From positions 43,586,001 through 43,650,000 of the forward strand of contig NC_043015.1 in NCBI RefSeq assembly GCF_006345805.1: a stretch of 64,000 bases of DNA, written 5' to 3'. A program made the position numbers and the translations under genes. Every line of letters starts with the position of its first letter. Within the stretch, counting starts at the first letter, position 1. This stretch comes from Octopus sinensis. Its lineage: Eukaryota. Shown here piece by piece: positions 52,289-64,000 of this stretch. The notes under the pieces are model-generated. The model was not told where the DNA came from. It saw nothing but the letters and a program-made list of their open reading frames with translations, and ran no database searches.

Positions 52289-53845
52289 GACATCAGTAGA
52301 GGCACGTGGGCCGCAATATCACAATGAGCAGTACACTGCAAATCAATTTATCTTATGTATTGTAACCAGTCTTATAAAGGTTACCAATGATAGTAAAATG
52401 ATAATAAAAAACAAAAGTCAGGGAAACAGAGTAAATGTGTATTCATGCTTGAAAGCAATAATATATATTGGCTTTTATTTAATGGGAGGTAAATATACAA
52501 ATATGAAAGTGCCAAAAAGTAGAAAGGAAATTGTTCACGTGAGTTCATAAATTGTTGAAATTATTTTAAATGTTCTTAAATATGAAAAAAAATGTCATAA
52601 AAATCACAAAATCAATGATATGTATGCGAACAAAAAATAAATGCTTAGAAATAATGTTCTCCATCGAAGAGTTTAGTTTACGAATTGTTCAAGTTTTGAA
52701 AAAAAATGGTTCTGATTCATTAATTTCTAATAGTTATGATTTTCAATGTTGATGAAGATGTAATAAGTGGAAAGGATATCTTCAACAATGAATTTACTTA
52801 AGACGAAATAATTGTTAATTTTGGCAGGTCAGCAATTTTAGGGAATGCGGCAAGTGCATTACATCGACCTCGTACAAGCTAGTGTTATTTTTTGTCGACC
52901 CCGAATGACAAAGTTGGTCAGATCAGAATTTGGACTGAGAGAGTAACGATTGGTCCAACGCGCCAACAATTCTGCAAGTTTGCCATCTTAAAACATAACA
53001 TAATTTACGGTAATGATTTGTATTTTTGTAAGTAGACGTGTCTAACAGAAAGGGTAGTTGGGTAGCAATAGATAATTTAGATTTAAGAAACATCGTATGT
53101 CACTAGCTTCGTCGAGCCGTAATAAAACATATATCTCTCTGGAGGACCGATGTCCGTACATTTTAAGCTTCCAAATAAAAATAGAAATAGCTTCGAGAGA
53201 ATTGTTTTTTAGGTACGAACATTAAAACTTATTTCTCTTTTTCTTTTGCTTGTCAACACATATTAAATTTGATGCCAAATGTGATTGGCTGCAGATGATG
53301 TCAATATATATTTTGATATTGTTAAGCGTCTACAGCACTCCAAGGAGTCAGCTCAGCATTACAGAATATGGCGTTATTAATTACAAACGGATTTATTTTC
53401 AAACCGAGATGTTGTAAGCGCAAACCCGAGAAAGCTCTGTGCTACGAAACCATACATATTAAATCATTTACCTGTCGAGTGATAGAGGCCAGAACTGCTT
53501 AGGTCACAATCTTGATCGATCTCTTTCGTAATCGTATATAGGTAATAAGTTTTTGCAAGTATATTTCCCGCCTTACCAACATTGTCACAAGAATCTGTCC
53601 GTTGTAGAGGAATATACCTTAATACCAGTGAGTGTGTATTTGGGTTAACATACCAGTCCTCCAAATTGCCTAGGGTTTTCCACGGTATACTTTTATCCAT
53701 CGAGACTCTTTACATCAAGGAAAACTTGTTAAGGAGTATCCGTTCTATGCAATTCTTTAGAAACTGCCTGATGCTAAAGATCATACCTTTGGTGCTTTTA
53801 CCAAATATAAATACTCATTAACACTGTGAAAAATGATTGTGCAAT

Positions 53846-54247
53846 TACTCTTTTACTTCTTTCAGTCATTTGACTGTGGCCATGCTGTAGCACCGTTTAG
53901 TCGAGCAAATTAACCCCAGGACTTATTCTTTGTTAGTACTTATTCTATCGGTTTCTTTTGCCGAGCCGTTAAGTTACGGTTGTCAAGTGATGTTGGGGGA
54001 GAGGACAAAAACAGACACACAAACATACACACATACACAAACAGACACACACACACATATATATGTATATACATATATACGGCGGGCTTCTTTCAGTTTC
54101 CGTCTACAATATCCACTCACAAGGCTTTGGCTGACCTGAGGCTATAGTAGAAGACACTTGCTCGAGTTGCCACGCAGGGGGGCTGAACCCGGAACTTTGT
54201 TGATGGTAAGCAACATAGTTGGTAACCACACAGACTCTCCTGTGCCT
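53846..54247 (-). mobile_element. SINE-B with internal deletions
   Basis: B tail, centre and diverged head. Confidence 0.8.
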
Positions 54248-54593
54248 ATATATATATATATATATATATATAATACTAGGAAACATAATTCCAAAACTTA
54301 CAGGGAAAAATTCAATTTGACAATTTTAAATCAAATTTCAAAATATATAATATATGTGTATATTTGGGAGAAAAGCCAGTATTAAATAATTCAATAAAGA
54401 AAGCTGTTATTCACTCCATATAGAAAACGTACTAAAAAACTTATTTTAGATCAATAAATTACAATAAATAGGGGGTATTAATATTCACTATTTACTATTT
54501 ATTGTACTTTATTGATTTTCAAAATAAGATTTTTTTATAGTCTATGTTTTCTACATGGTGTGAATAACATCTTTCTTTATTGAATTGTTTAAA

Positions 54594-54703
<110 letters not shown>

Positions 54704-55992
54704 ATATATATATATTGTCAGATGCATGTCTATGTTTGTGTCAGCACGAAAATGTTAGTTTATCAAAACATCCGTTTAACCTCTTTAAACTTTAGCGCTA
54801 AGCCAAAATTGCATCGAATATATAATCCATATTCGTTTTAGATCTGATAAGGAAGAACCAACTCCGTTTTATTAATTGACATTTAAATAAATAAATAAAA
54901 TACTAATTCCTTTTGAATCAAAATAAACTCTAGATATATTAGACAAGCGACAAAATAAGAGGACTGATGTTCACAAGGAACGAAATACACTTTGAGATCG
55001 CGGTTGGCTGCGAGCCTATCTTTTGTTTCATGGAACTCACCCAGTTTATTGTTAATGTATGCATAAAAGTTTGAGTATAATAAATATTTATCATATTTGG
55101 CAAAAAAATGAGAAATATTTTCAGAAAAACGGAAAAGGAATGCGATGTTCATATTTTCGCCAAAGGCATTATTGATGAAGCTAACGTGAAGTAGGAACTG
55201 GTGCAGACTTGATGAGATGGTAAAGAACATTGACTTAAAATGATCTCCTCCGGCTTCGATACCACTGCATGACACCTTGGGCGGGTATCTTCTTTTATGT
55301 GCCAGACTAACTAAAAAGTATTGTTAGTGAGATTTACTAGATAGAAGGGAAACCATTCGGATGAGTTGTATCTACCTTCGAGTTCTGTATCTAAACTTTC
55401 GGTTGCTTTAACTCCACAACCTAGTCCATAAGTACCTATAGTAAGATTCATGATGGAGCAGTATTTGTAACAGGTTTTCTCTAATAGAATAACCCATGAG
55501 TTGCTTTCTATTCCTAACTTGGCATTTACTAGTCTCGGGGACCTTATACGAGAGGATGACTTCCACCACCTTTCTCTTGTAGCTTAATTACATTTCAAAG
55601 AGAATGTGGAAACCGAAACAAGTATACATCTCTAGAAAGCTGAGGATATTGTAAAGAAATTATTTGCTCAATGAGTCTTGTTCGTAATACCAAAATATTT
55701 GTGATTGTTTAATATCATGACTTGAACATTTAACGTCACGAGTTCGAGTTTAAATGAACATGGTACTGAATATTTAATTGTCGCATGAAGAATCTGTAGC
55801 ATTTCAACTTGTTTGCGTCAAATCGTTGACAAAACAGTGGAAGTATGGATTTCAGTGCATGAAAGGGATTTCAGCGAAGCTCTGCTCGATAATGAAGAAC
55901 CCTGATAGCTTTGAAACCAATTGAAAATTAAGTAACTGTGTCTGGAAGGATATTGCCATGGAGAGGTTATTATTATTATTATTATTATTAGT

Positions 55993-56041
<49 letters not shown>

Positions 56042-56494
56042 TATACTCTACACGTTCTGAGTTCGAATTGCGCCGAGGTCATCATAGCCGTTCTACCTTT
56101 CGAGGTTAATAAATCAAGTATCAGTGAAACGCTCGTGATGATGGAATCGACTAATCTTCCTTCCACAAATTCCACGCCTTGTGCCTTTAGTAGAATTCAT
56201 TTTTATTATTGAAATTACTTTGAAATTCAACTCAGCATAATAATCAATGTCGGGAAAACATTGTTTCTTTGCAAATATAACTAACCAGGTGATTTCAATA
56301 TTATGCTAAGATCAGTCAATAATTTCGAACACAGGAATACCAGGTACTTCAAAGTAAACATTGTCACGAAATTTTCTGTAAATGCTTACCTGCAGGCAAC
56401 GTTGACTTGTTATGTATTTCGTTAATTTTGAATTTGAATGAATTTCTCAGCTAGATATTTTTTTACACTTGCCTCGGGCGTAAAGATGAATGTG

Positions 56495-56717
56495 CTTTTA
56501 TGTTACCATATTTCGGTTGAAACACTCTAACTTAGTTGCAATTAATTTTTGAAAATGATAGAGTATTTAGTAAAATACCTTTGCCATTATTAAGTTGGTA
56601 TTTCGAACACTAATTCATAGGAAATTTTGATATCAGGTTTTAATTTAATCACTTCAAAACTGGAAGTTTGTAGCATAGATGTAAGGGCAGCTCTAAGCGG
56701 GTATATATAAAGGGTTA
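56495..56717. mobile_element. Possible piggyBac-type MITE, left end eroded
   Basis: Right end aagggTTAA; resemblance to a recalled cephalopod repeat only. Confidence 0.3.
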
Positions 56718-56962
56718 ATAATGACCGAATTTTTAAAAAATGTGTTAGATATTCTTTGGTATAATCTCTTGATTAAAGAAGTCAAGGGGCATATATTTTT
56801 CGACGCCATTTTTTGAATCTTATTTTATTTCATCGGCCCCGAAACTATAATACAGAATTTCGACCTTATGTTCACCAGCGTGATAACAATGTTTCCGGCA
56901 AACCTCCTCTGACTTAGCACTACCGATAACCAAAAAATTACAGTTCATATCAGCAAATAAAT

Positions 56963-56999
<37 letters not shown>

Positions 57000-57002
57000 A
57001 TA

Positions 57003-57038
<36 letters not shown>

Positions 57039-58237
57039 GAACAAGAGAGGGAGAGGGAAAGAGATAGGACGAGAGAGAGAGAGTGAGCATAAATGCTGTT
57101 ATTCCCTATTATAAGTACTATTTCCTTATATCCTTCCTCGGTTCGATTTTAGGGTCTTCTATCAGTTCAAATACAGAAATATCTCATCATTAATTCATAT
57201 AATTTAATTGAAATAATTCCAATCAACGAAACAAAAACAGGCAGGGGTGTGAACACATATTCATAAAATTCAATTAACTTCCACTGAAGATTAATAATTT
57301 AGATTATACTTACCAAGTTCAGGCGTATTCTACAAAAATCAATAATCTTATCATAATTCTCATAAGTTTTATTCATGAGGGCTAATATAGATTACCATCA
57401 ATCAACAGTATTAGTCTTATCAATTTTTCTAAGAAAGCATCGATGAGTCAACGGCAGGTATTTTGGCGTTTAAGTAAGTATATGGGAAAGCATGTATATT
57501 CTTACATACGTGCCAGATTGCATCTCTATTTATCTTTCAATATAATTAATAAAATTGGCCTCGTTCTTATTGATATATTAATGGCTATAACTTAGTTTAT
57601 TTCAATAATGCTACGCCTATATTTATCACACGCCACGCAAAGACACGTACACACGTGTGTACGTGTGTGTTTAAAGTATAATTAAATGCATACGTCCAAT
57701 CTCTAAGTTACGTAGGAATTAAGAAATATGAATATTTGACCTTTGTCTCCTTTCTCCGGGGAAATTAGCGATGTAAATGAAATTTAATGTCTGCAAATGG
57801 ATATTACTTGTAGTTTAGTAATAATAATTTACTTTACCAAACACACTCACAAAGGTTAATTATCACATGAAACCCCGTGGAATTAAGTAACAGTTGATGC
57901 CAGCACGATTTCAAGGAGTGTAGCGCTGAGACACTATACTAACCAAAAGGCTACTGAAGTTTCTTATTAAAACAAAATAAAAACTTGTGGACTTATGATT
58001 ATAAACAGCCCAATGTTGATGATTTGATCTTTTATTTTCATTTTATTTGGTAGTGTATCTAGTACTGCGTTATTTAAGGCATGCTTCTTTTGTAAAAATG
58101 TAAACTATGATTTGACAAAGATCTTAGCAGTATCAGATTCTTCCAGCTCGACCTCTTGAAAATAAGAAAGCAATCCCATACCTTACATGTTCGGAGATAT
58201 AGCAACTAGCATGAAGATATATAATAGTAGAATTATT

Positions 58238-58635
58238 CTTTTCTACTCTAGGAACAAGGGCTGAAATTTTGGGGGAGGGGCAGTCGATTAGATCGACCCC
58301 AGTACGCAATTGGTACTTAATTTATCGACCCCGAAAGGATGAAAGGCAAAGTCGACCTCGGCGGAATTTGAACTCAGAACATAGCGGCAGACAAAATACT
58401 TATTTCTTTACTGCCCACAAGGGTCTAAACACAGAGGGGACAAACAAGGACAGACAAAGGTGATTAAGTCGATTACATCGACCCCAGTGCGTAACTGGTA
58501 CTTAATTTATCGACCCCGAAAAGATGAAAGGCAAAGTCGACCTCGGCAGAATTTGAAATCAGAACGTAAAGACAGATGAAATACCTCTAAGCATTTCGCC
58601 CAGCGTGCTAACGTTTCTGCCAGCTCGCCGCCTTA
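58238..58635 (-). mobile_element. SINE-A dimer flanked by one imperfect 18-bp TSD
   Basis: Junction at 58400/58401; tataatagtagaattatt (58220-37) vs tataatactggaattatt (58634-51). Confidence 0.9.
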
Positions 58636-59251
58636 TAATACTGGAATTATTGGAACAGCTGGAAGTATCCTGAATCAAGGCCGCCTCTGTTGGCCAGTCT
58701 AGAACAAGAAACAAGCTGAGATACTAAATTGCAAACTGCGCTTTCATCATAGATTATGAATTGCATATTCGAAATCGATTTTCCGGAACATCTAACTCAG
58801 AAATCTATCTGGATTTCTGACATCTGGGAGTCAAGTGTGGTCACCACGGTCAACAATATTATAACCTTTACTTAAATAATGAAATGAAAGTCATATACCT
58901 GTACATCACTGTAAATTATACAAGTTTCTTAATACAGTACTGTACAAAACGTAAGAGACATGGAAACTAGTATGGCGGCCGCGGGAATCTGAGGAACCTG
59001 CTTGGAAATTAGTGCGGGCTATAAAAGATTCGGGGTCATCGATATCAAAGAAGTCGGTGGTGCATCTGTATTTCGTATGTTTATTATAAACAACCAACGT
59101 ATGCGAATCACTCAGACGTACTTATTAGTTGTCTTTCTCTTTCTTTATTCTTCCTCTTTATCTGTCTCTTCTCTCCCACTTTCTTTCGCCCTTTGTCTCA
59201 CATTCACTCTCACTCTCTATCTTACCCTTTCTCTGGTCTGTATCCTGTTTA

Positions 59252-59589
59252 GTGAAGGCGCATGGCTCAGTGTTTAGAGCGTCGAGCTTACGATCGTGAG
59301 GTTGTGAGTTCGAATCCCGAACCGGGCTGTGTGTTGCGTTCCTGAGCAAGGCACTTTATTTCACGTTGTTCCTGTTCACTCAGCTATAGAAATGAGTTGC
59401 GACATCACAGATGCCAAGCCGTATCGGCACCTTTGCCTTTCCCGTGGATAACACTGGTGGCATGGAGAAGGGAGGCCGGTATGCATGGGTGACTGCTGGT
59501 CTTCCATAAAGAACCTTGCCCGGACTTGTACCTGGGAGGGGAACTTTCTAGGTTCAATCCCACGGTCATTCATGAACGAAGGGGGTCAC
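59252..59589 (+). mobile_element. SINE-D, full length
   Basis: tRNA-like head gtgaaggcgcatggctcagtg..gagttcgaatccc; central ctgagcaaggcactttatttcacg (CORE/V/Meta-like block, family not assigned); tail catgaacgaaggggg. Confidence 0.85.
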
Positions 59590-60112
59590 AGCGTCCCGTT
59601 TAGTGTTTTCTTTTTTATTTTCTATTCCTTCTCTTAATCAATCGATCTACCAAACCTAACCTTCTTTCATGTTTCTATTCGATTTCTGTCCAATATTCTT
59701 TTACACGGCTTTAGTTGTGCATTATTTATTTATTTTTTACTTCTCATCTTTGCAAATATATCAGACTTTCGTAATGCTCTAAACATTCATCTTCTCTGGG
59801 TTTTTTTCTCATTTTCTATAGTTTTGTTTTTATATTTATTTATTGTTATTGCCATTATGTAAGAGCGTTTTAGTTTTGCTATAAATTTACGTTTTTCATA
59901 ATTGTATTAGTTCAGCCGGTCGTAAATACAGTATTTTTATATTTTTAAAATATAGATGTACAAGTCTCTGTTGATGTGTATAAATCAATCCCTTTTTTTT
60001 TTACTTTGCATTTATGAGAAAGATGTTCTTGACTGCCTATTTATGGATGTATGTAGGTATCTGCAAAAACACACGCACACAGAAACGCACACATACACAC
60101 ACATAGGTAATC

Positions 60113-60145
<33 letters not shown>

Positions 60146-60244
60146 AATATAATATATTATATATATAATATATAATATATATTATATATATATATACATG
60201 TATATATATAATATAATATATTATATATATATATACATGTATAT

Positions 60245-61062
60245 ATCAACAATCAAGGAACGGCCATAATAGGCCATTCACCCACTAGAAATAACAGCCA
60301 AAGCTTCAACCGCAAATAAAAATCAATTCCGTAAACAGGAGAAAATTTAAAAAACATTTACCCTGTAATTTCTTATACGATGCACCGTTTCATCTGCTGT
60401 TTAATGGTAAACTAACCTGGTTAAATTAAATCAGGCCAATCTTCCATAGGCCCTCAGATTCTTCAGTAAGAAATAGCCACAAGTCGGAACAGATATTTTC
60501 ACGAGGCATTTCCGACCTTGCCAAGGTAATATCTGACCTAAAATTTTCAAGCCAATTTTTTTAATTTTCTCCTGTTTACGGAATTGATTTTTATTTGCGG
60601 TTGAAGCTTTGGCTGTTATTTCTAGTGGGTGAATGGCCTATTATGGCCGTTCCTTGATTGTTGATGTTAAACTTAAAAATGGTCTATGACTATTTAATTT
60701 TTCCCACTAGGCCGCTGGTGGCAAAAAAATTCTACAAAATTTTTTTTGCCACCCTATATTGATTAATTATGAATTTCTGGTTATTCCGTAATGGAATCGA
60801 CGGCTTATATTTATTTGCTGCCGATAAATTGGCGCGAGTGCGATGATTTAAATTAATGTTTTTAATTTTCTCCTGTTTACGGAATTGATTTTTTATTTGT
60901 GGTTGAAGCTTTGGCTGTTATTTCTAGTGGGTGAATGGCTATTATGGCCGTTCCTTGATTGTTGATGTTAATTAAAAATGGTCTATGACTATTTAATTTT
61001 TCCCACTAGGCCGCTGGTGGCAAAAATTCTACAAAATTTTTTTTTGCCACCCTATATTGATT
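60245..61062 (+). repeat. Family G composite: inverted 110-bp arm, unique core, then two 205-bp direct repeats each ending in a hairpin
   Basis: 60245-60358 is the RC of the first part of 60556-60764 and 60859-61062; hairpin ggtggcaaaaa..ttttgccacc in both direct copies. Confidence 0.9.
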
Positions 61063-61311
61063 ATATACATGTATAAATATATATATATATATAACTATAT
61101 ATATTATATATATAGATATATATATATATATATATTGTGTGTGTGTAAATATAATATGTGACAATTATTCTGTCCCATGATAAAACTCTGTCACATTTAT
61201 TTACAGATAAATTCCTCTATTTACATAATATCGAGGTCTCATTCATTCTTTTGTTGTCTTACCATTTCTATCAATATATATATATATGTATATATATATA
61301 ATATATATATA

Positions 61312-61354
<43 letters not shown>

Positions 61355-61366
61355 TGGTAATAGATG

Positions 61367-61399
<33 letters not shown>

Positions 61400-61407
61400 T
61401 AGATCGC

Positions 61408-61448
<41 letters not shown>

Positions 61449-61559
61449 TGATCTGAATACATCAATGTGTGTTTGTCCCTGTGCTTGCATATATATCTAT
61501 ATATCTGTGTGTGCTTTTTGCATGGAGAAATATCATGTGTGTGTGGGAGTGGGAGTCTC

Positions 61560-61599
<40 letters not shown>

Positions 61600-62117
61600 T
61601 TTGTGTTTGTGTTTGTCTATACGTTAGTATAACAGCACGTACTTACAACTATATTTATTTACCAACAACTCAGACACAACTGTCTGCGACATTGTATGTA
61701 TTTTATACATTTCTCTGTTCGCTTCCATGTATGTACGTACGCCCGCTTGTAAGAGGCGCGGGCGGACGTGTGTATCTGCGTCTACATGTCTGCGCGCTTG
61801 TGTGTGTGAGTATGCGTTTATATACATATATATATATATATACACAACACGTGTGTGTCTGTGTGTTCTCTTGCTTTTCTCATTTCAATACGACGCTTGA
61901 AAAAAGAGATTGTTGGCGCAATTGGAAGTAATTATCAGCCTTGCAATTTAATCAGTGTGTAAAGTGGGCAGGTTGGCTAGCAGTTTGGATTTCCTAATTT
62001 GAACATAATTTCTGGTCAGTGATGTCGTTATAGTTGCTTTTGCAAATGCTGTCATTGTTGTAGTTGTTGCACCAGTCAGTGCTGCTACTGCTGCTGCTGT
62101 TGCTGCTGCTGCTGTAG

Positions 62118-62149
<32 letters not shown>

Positions 62150-62150
62150 A

Positions 62151-62997
62151 TAAGGCGGCGAGCTGGAAGAATCGTTAGCAAGCCGGGCGAAATACTTAGC
62201 GGTATTTCGTCTGCCGTTACATTCTGAGTTCAAATTCCGCCGAGGTCGACTTTGGCTTTCATCGTTTCGGGGTCGATTAAATAAGTACCAGTTACGCACT
62301 GGGGTCGATATAATCGACTTAATCCGTTTGATTGTCCTTGTTTGTCCCCTCTATGTTTGGCCCCTTGCGGGCAATAAAGAAATGAGAAACGTTAGCGCGC
62401 CGGGCGAAATGTGTAGCCGTATTTCGCCTGCCGTTACGTTCTGAGTTCAAATTCCGCCGAGGTCGACTTTGCCTTTCATCCTTTCGGGATCGATTAAATA
62501 AGTAGCAGTTACGCACTGGGGTCGATATAATCGACTTAATCCGTTTGTTTGTCCTTGTTTGTCCCCTCTATGTTTAGCCCCTTGCGGGCAATAAACAAAT
62601 AAGAATCGTTAGCAAGCCGGGCGAAATGCGTAACCGTATTCCGTCTGCCGTTACGCTCTGAGTCCAAATTCTGCCGAGGTCGACTTTGCCTTTCATCCTT
62701 TCGGGGTCGATTAAATAAGTACCAGTTACGCACTGGGGTCGATATACAGACAAACTTATTCCGTTTGTCTGTCCTTGTTTGTCCTCTCCGTGTTTAGCCC
62801 CTTGTGGGTAGTAACGAAACAGGTATTTCGTCTGCCGTCGCGTTCTGAGTTCAAATTCCACCTAGGTCGATTTTGACTTTCATTCTATCGGGGTCGATAA
62901 ATTAAATACCAGTTGTGTATTGGAATCGATCTAATCGACTGCCCCCACCCCACTCCCCACATATTTCAGGCCTCGTACCTATAGAAGAAAGGATTAT
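62151..62997 (+). mobile_element. SINE-A head-to-tail tetramer
   Basis: Units start at 62151, 62385, 62602 and 62822; inserted in (GTT)n with tagttgttgtt on both sides. Confidence 0.92.
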
Positions 62998-63309
62998 AGT
63001 TGTTGTTTCACGGTCAAGTTCATTGTCGTGTCTACCTCGATCGTGTATATAATGCCGGAGATAATAAGATAGTCTTCGTTTCCTTTGATTTCTTTCAGTC
63101 GCATTCATTCACTTTTCTCTTATTCTTTTTTTTGGTTAGTCGCTTGGTGTTCTCATTCGTAAAAAGATTTAGGAAATTAATTAGACGTAGAAGAATCAGA
63201 GTTAGCTTATTAAAATCTGATGCGGCATGACAATTTTAGCACACTGAACTATACGTATGGTCCTATTGACGTAGATGTATTTCAGTGCAGCGTATTACAT
63301 ATCGTTTAT

Positions 63310-63600
63310 CCTTTGTTGATTTGAGTCTCGAGACTGCGGCCATACTGGGGCATCACCTTGAAGGTGTTTTAATCGGATGAATCGACCACAATGCTTCTTA
63401 TTTTCTTTTTAAAGCTTATAACTTAATTCATCGCCCATTTCTTTACTGAACCGTTCAGTTACGGTGACGTACACGCACCAACAACTGCTATCAAGTGATA
63501 ATGGGTGACAGGTGCAGAAATAAAGACACACATAAACCTGCATATATATGTATACATATATATATATATACACACACATACACACACAGACACACACACA
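63310..63600 (-). mobile_element. SINE-B 3' half, diverged
   Basis: gactgcggccatactggggcatcacc..ctgaaccgttcagttacggtgacgtacacgcacc. Confidence 0.6.
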
Positions 63601-63764
63601 CACACACATATATGGTGGATCAACGAGGAGACTCTAAGAGGTCACTAAGCTTGGTAGAGATAGCTAACCTTCGAGTGAATCGAAACCGTAAAGTACAAAA
63701 TGATTTTAAAAAGTGTATATATTGGGTATCTTGTTTCAGTGCTCCCTGCATATGAAAACATTAA

Positions 63765-63852
63765 TAATAATAATAATGATAATAATAATAAGAATGATAA
63801 TAGTAATAATAATAATAATAATAATAGTAATAGTAATAGTAATAATAATAAA

Positions 63853-63892
<40 letters not shown>

Positions 63893-63925
63893 GTAATAGT
63901 AATAATAATAATAATAATAATAGTA

Positions 63926-63970
<45 letters not shown>

Positions 63971-64000
63971 GTAGTAGTAGTAGGAGGAGGAGGAAGATTG
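63765..64000. repeat. (AAT)n/(AGT)n microsatellite
   Basis: Seen directly. Confidence 0.95.

Noticed and set aside
54883-55275. 130-aa minus-strand ORF
   Set aside because: Begins in a degenerate SINE-B head, AT-rich F/Y/N-biased composition, no motif
62319-62733. Recurrent ORFs MRNWYLFNRPRKDERQSRPRRNLNSE...
   Set aside because: Antisense frame of SINE-A
62151-62997. Regularly spaced repeats resembling a CRISPR array
   Set aside because: Units are 170-235-bp SINE copies with no unique spacers; eukaryotic context, no cas genes

Overview
AT-rich, microsatellite-dense eukaryotic DNA with no confidently identifiable host gene. The SINE families look like those I recall from octopus genomes, but that assignment is from memory, not a search. 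Most ORFs in the track are translated (TA)n/(TG)n/(GATA)n repeats or SINE reading frames. The window is a transposon landscape with four tRNA-type SINE families (labelled A-D here, about 40 copies). It also holds a full-length DD34D mariner (43422-44684), mariner and Tc1 remnants, a Penelope RT/GIY-YIG fossil, a CR1/L2-type LINE fragment, an RTE 3' end, a Tc1-type MITE and Helentron-like short elements. Four observations stand out. (1) Several short repeat families carry minimal hammerhead-ribozyme motifs, one with an intact core and one family with a shared non-canonical CUGUUGA core. (2) SINE-A forms head-to-tail arrays with the same internal junction at four loci, suggesting it inserts into itself. 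(3) A (TA)n-embedded element family ends in a hairpin that keeps its pairing while changing sequence between copies. (4) SINE heads and tails are combined modularly. A few weak candidate exons on the minus strand are flagged at low confidence.
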